A DNA stretch of 55,038 nucleotides, taken from assembly GCA_903927505.1 (NCBI GenBank), contig CAIYNF010000059.1:1-55038 (forward strand). The letters are read 5' to 3'. Below, piece after piece: positions 52,491 through 55,038 of this stretch. The DNA is from an uncultured Bacteroidota bacterium. Its GTDB lineage: Bacteria > Bacteroidota > Bacteroidia > UKL13-3. Numbering within the stretch: position 1 is the stretch's first letter; the number at the start of each line of letters is the position of its first letter. The notes beneath the pieces are model-generated. The model was not told the origin of the DNA. It saw only the letters and a program-made list of their open reading frames with translations, and searched no databases. Both the position numbers and the translations under genes were made by a program.

Positions 52491-52737
52491 AGGGGAAGCC
52501 TTGTCTGTGGGCGCTCGCGAGGGTACTTTCGTTCATTGAAAAAATACCCCACTTATGAAAAATAATGCATTCTCTTTTTCTCTGTTAATGAGACGATTGA
52601 CAATTGTTTCCTACAATCAATCCACACAAATTTTCCCCAGCTAAATTGAAACTTCAATTTGCCAATTTCCTTTTTGGCAACTCATAAACTCCTTGTCCGC
52701 TGCAAAGGAAAGGAAATAGACATTTAAAAAAATTGAC

Positions 52738-55038
52738 ATGAATCATATAAACCCAATTATGGAAAAACTTAAAAGCTTTGGTTTGAATTTCAAAAAACTA
52801 CTGCCCTTATTTTTACTAATTATTCTTAGCGAATTTGTTACTGCGCAAACGTGTGTTGCGCCATATAATGCAACGCCCGCGAGTAATTGGGGAATAAAAA
52901 GATTGTTTCAATCCTCCGCCGTAATTTGGAATGGTGGAACACCAACTGCTGCCGATTTAAACGCAGATGGTATTTCTGAAATCCTTGTGCCCGCTAGTGA
53001 TTACACTGGGTTTTATGTGTATAAAGGTAATGGTACAAATGCAAGTACTGCTACCAAACAATATGTAATAGCAACTTCCTCTGCGCGATCTGTTCAGCCT
53101 GCCATTGCCAATATTATTGGAAATGCTACTTCTGCCCCTGAAGTAGTAATGGTAAATACTACTGGTTTTGTTTATATTTTTAATAATGTTGGTGGTACTG
53201 AATTAAGTTATTTGTATAAATCTACAACAGCTTCCCAATATACCAATACAGCAACTCCCTATATTGTAGATATAGATGAAGATGGACAAGCAGAAATAGT
53301 TTTAGGAAATGATATTTTTGGAATTGTAAGCGGGGCATTGGTTAAACGTGTTGCTGGTCCTGCCTTGGGTTATGTTGGCGTTTCTGCTGGAAATACTGGT
53401 TGTCCTGTAGATGTTATTGTTGCAGATATTTTAACATCCAACCCTGGTAAAGAAATTATTTTTGGATCAAAAGTATATGGGGTTAATCTTTCTACAGGTG
53501 TTACCACCGTTTTAAAAGATTTAAGTACAGTTGTAGGGTCGGGCATTACAGCAAATGATAATGGCCCAACAGCAGTTGGCGACATGAATTTAGATGGGAA
53601 ATTAGATATCGTATACAATGGTTCGGCCTTTGTTGTTATCTGGGATCCCAATGGAACAAGTTTGGCAAATACTTTATTGTTAAAAAGAAATCCACCTAGT
53701 TTTAATTATGGGGCAAGAGGTTTGCCTTTAATTGCCAATGTATACAATGATAAGACAACAGGTGGTAAAACCACAGATTTTCCTGAAGCTGTTATCATCA
53801 ATTCTGTAAATGCAACGGCTGGAATTGTAACTGCCTATAATTTAAATTATAATACCACTGCAGGTACTACCAGTCAATATATTTGGTCAATAGCAACCAA
53901 TGATATGTCGGGTTGTACTGGAATTACTGCTTTTGACTTTGATGGCAATGGAATGCGTGAAATAGTTTACCGCGATCAAAGTAACTTAAGGATTATTAAT
54001 GGTAATTTGGCAGTACCGGTAAATTACGTTTCTTACCCAGTTATTTCTGCTACTTGGGGTGAATACCCAATTGTAGCAGATTTAAACAATGATGGAGAAG
54101 CAGAAATTGCTGTTACTGGAAACAGTACATTGCAAGTATTTGCGCGTGATACCAATTCAGTTGCATGGAAAGGAGCGCCAAACTATTGGAATCAGCGTAA
54201 TTATAGAATTGTAAATATCAACAGTAATTTAACTGTTCCAACTACAGAAATTAATGCTGCTATTTCTGCTGCTTATAATAACAATGAAGCCCAACTACAA
54301 TTATCAGATGCTTTAGGTGCGGGTGTACCATACGGCTATGCCTATGCCCCAGATGCGAGCATTGCTATTAATTCGCTTAATGGAACTTGCCCAACTATTG
54401 CAATAGCTGTTACAATTAGTAACAGCGGAAGCGCTGTATTGCCTATTGGTACCAATGTTTCTATATATGATGCCAATCCTACCACAACAGCAGCATTGTT
54501 AGTTGGTACTTACCAAACCACTGCTGCTATTGCTGTGGGTTCAAGTATAAATGCTACTATGTCTGCAACATTATTACGCAGTGGAAGTGCCATTTATGTA
54601 GTAGTAAATGATATGGGTACCACAGCCACGCCATTTAATTTTAGCACTTGGGCTCCCAATACAAATGTGAATGAATGTAGTTATACCAATAATATGGTTT
54701 CTAGTTTGTCTACCTGTTTAGATTTTGACATTGATGGGGTTGCAGATTTTATTGATATAGATGATGACAATGATGGTGTGTTGGATGTAAAAGAACAAAA
54801 TTGTATTTTAACTTCTATGAGTAAAACGGGTGTTAACGTAACATCAACAGTTAATTGGACTTTTCAAAATGCACCAACGGGTTTAAATGCTTTATTGGAT
54901 GGAACCTTGATACAACAAATGTATCCAACAGATGTATCGTTAAATGGAAAAACAATTTTCCAATTTAATTTACCAGCACCAAAATTACTTACTCTAATAG
55001 AGTTGGCCAATAATGCCAGTCAAACGCCATTCATTGCA
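52738..55038 (+). CDS. Large FG-GAP/integrin-alpha-like propeller surface protein, 5' part (3' end outside window)
   Basis: Not in the ORF track because no stop lies in the window. I translated 767 consecutive open codons. There is a signal peptide (..LLPLFLLIILSEFVTAQ). FG-GAP Ca-loop motifs repeat (DLNADGISEILV, DIDEDGQAEIVL, DMNLDGKLDIVY, DFDGNGMREIVY, DLNNDGEAEIAV). A TSP3-like segment DFDIDGVADFIDIDDDNDGVLD follows. Confidence 0.8.
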   Translation, partial: MNHINPIMEKLKSFGLNFKKLLPLFLLIILSEFVTAQTCVAPYNATPASNWGIKRLFQSSAVIWNGGTPTAADLNADGISEILVPASDYTGFYVYKGNGTNASTATKQYVIATSSARSVQPAIANIIGNATSAPEVVMVNTTGFVYIFNNVGGTELSYLYKSTTASQYTNTATPYIVDIDEDGQAEIVLGNDIFGIVSGALVKRVAGPALGYVGVSAGNTGCPVDVIVADILTSNPGKEIIFGSKVYGVNLSTGVTTVLKDLSTVVGSGITANDNGPTAVGDMNLDGKLDIVYNGSAFVVIWDPNGTSLANTLLLKRNPPSFNYGARGLPLIANVYNDKTTGGKTTDFPEAVIINSVNATAGIVTAYNLNYNTTAGTTSQYIWSIATNDMSGCTGITAFDFDGNGMREIVYRDQSNLRIINGNLAVPVNYVSYPVISATWGEYPIVADLNNDGEAEIAVTGNSTLQVFARDTNSVAWKGAPNYWNQRNYRIVNINSNLTVPTTEINAAISAAYNNNEAQLQLSDALGAGVPYGYAYAPDASIAINSLNGTCPTIAIAVTISNSGSAVLPIGTNVSIYDANPTTTAALLVGTYQTTAAIAVGSSINATMSATLLRSGSAIYVVVNDMGTTATPFNFSTWAPNTNVNECSYTNNMVSSLSTCLDFDIDGVADFIDIDDDNDGVLDVKEQNCILTSMSKTGVNVTSTVNWTFQNAPTGLNALLDGTLIQQMYPTDVSLNGKTIFQFNLPAPKLLTLIELANNASQTPFIA

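Noticed and set aside
53370-53651. Minus-strand 93-aa ORF in the track
   Set aside because: It lies antisense within the long open FG-GAP reading frame, which has clear repeated calcium-loop motifs. The antisense product has no features.

Overview
A 55-kb chromosomal segment that looks like a T9SS-bearing member of Bacteroidota. The evidence is type A and type B T9SS C-terminal sorting domains, a PorP/SprF gene, and an acpP-fabF-rnc block. All calls rest on hand translation and motif recognition; no database search was possible.

About 1-36 kb is mostly housekeeping: rpoD 3' end, recQ, kup, guaB, cdd, ade, truA, rnc, fabF, acpP, pyk, anmK, purF and lptB. It is interrupted by small accessory insertions:
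- a nucleotidyltransferase-fold gene preceded by an untracked 49-aa ORF
- one intact RelE/ParE toxin-antitoxin pair
- a second pair whose toxin carries an in-frame TAA
- a Glu/Leu/Phe/Val dehydrogenase gene split by a frameshift in a G6 run

About 36.3-55 kb is a cell-surface/adhesin region. It holds an operon of a 2372-aa adhesin, a PorP/SprF gene and an OmpA-family gene, then three small membrane/stress-type genes. After these come a very AT-rich sensor kinase / LuxR response-regulator pair and a second large FG-GAP adhesin gene. That last gene runs off the window and is absent from the ORF track. The adhesin has 19 tandem 98-99-aa modules plus one divergent module, SprB-type repeats and a type B sorting domain.

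I saw no rRNA, tRNA, CRISPR array, transposase or integrase.

Strongest second-look items:
1. The palindrome GGTTCGAACC (extended TYGGTTCGAACCRA) recurs inside unrelated genes in all three reading phases, behaving like a highly iterated palindrome.
2. The OmpA-family protein carries two copies of the same C-x7-C module that builds the neighbouring giant adhesin, which suggests a cargo / PorP / peptidoglycan-anchor system.
3. The small-ORF plus nucleotidyltransferase cassette next to rpoD.
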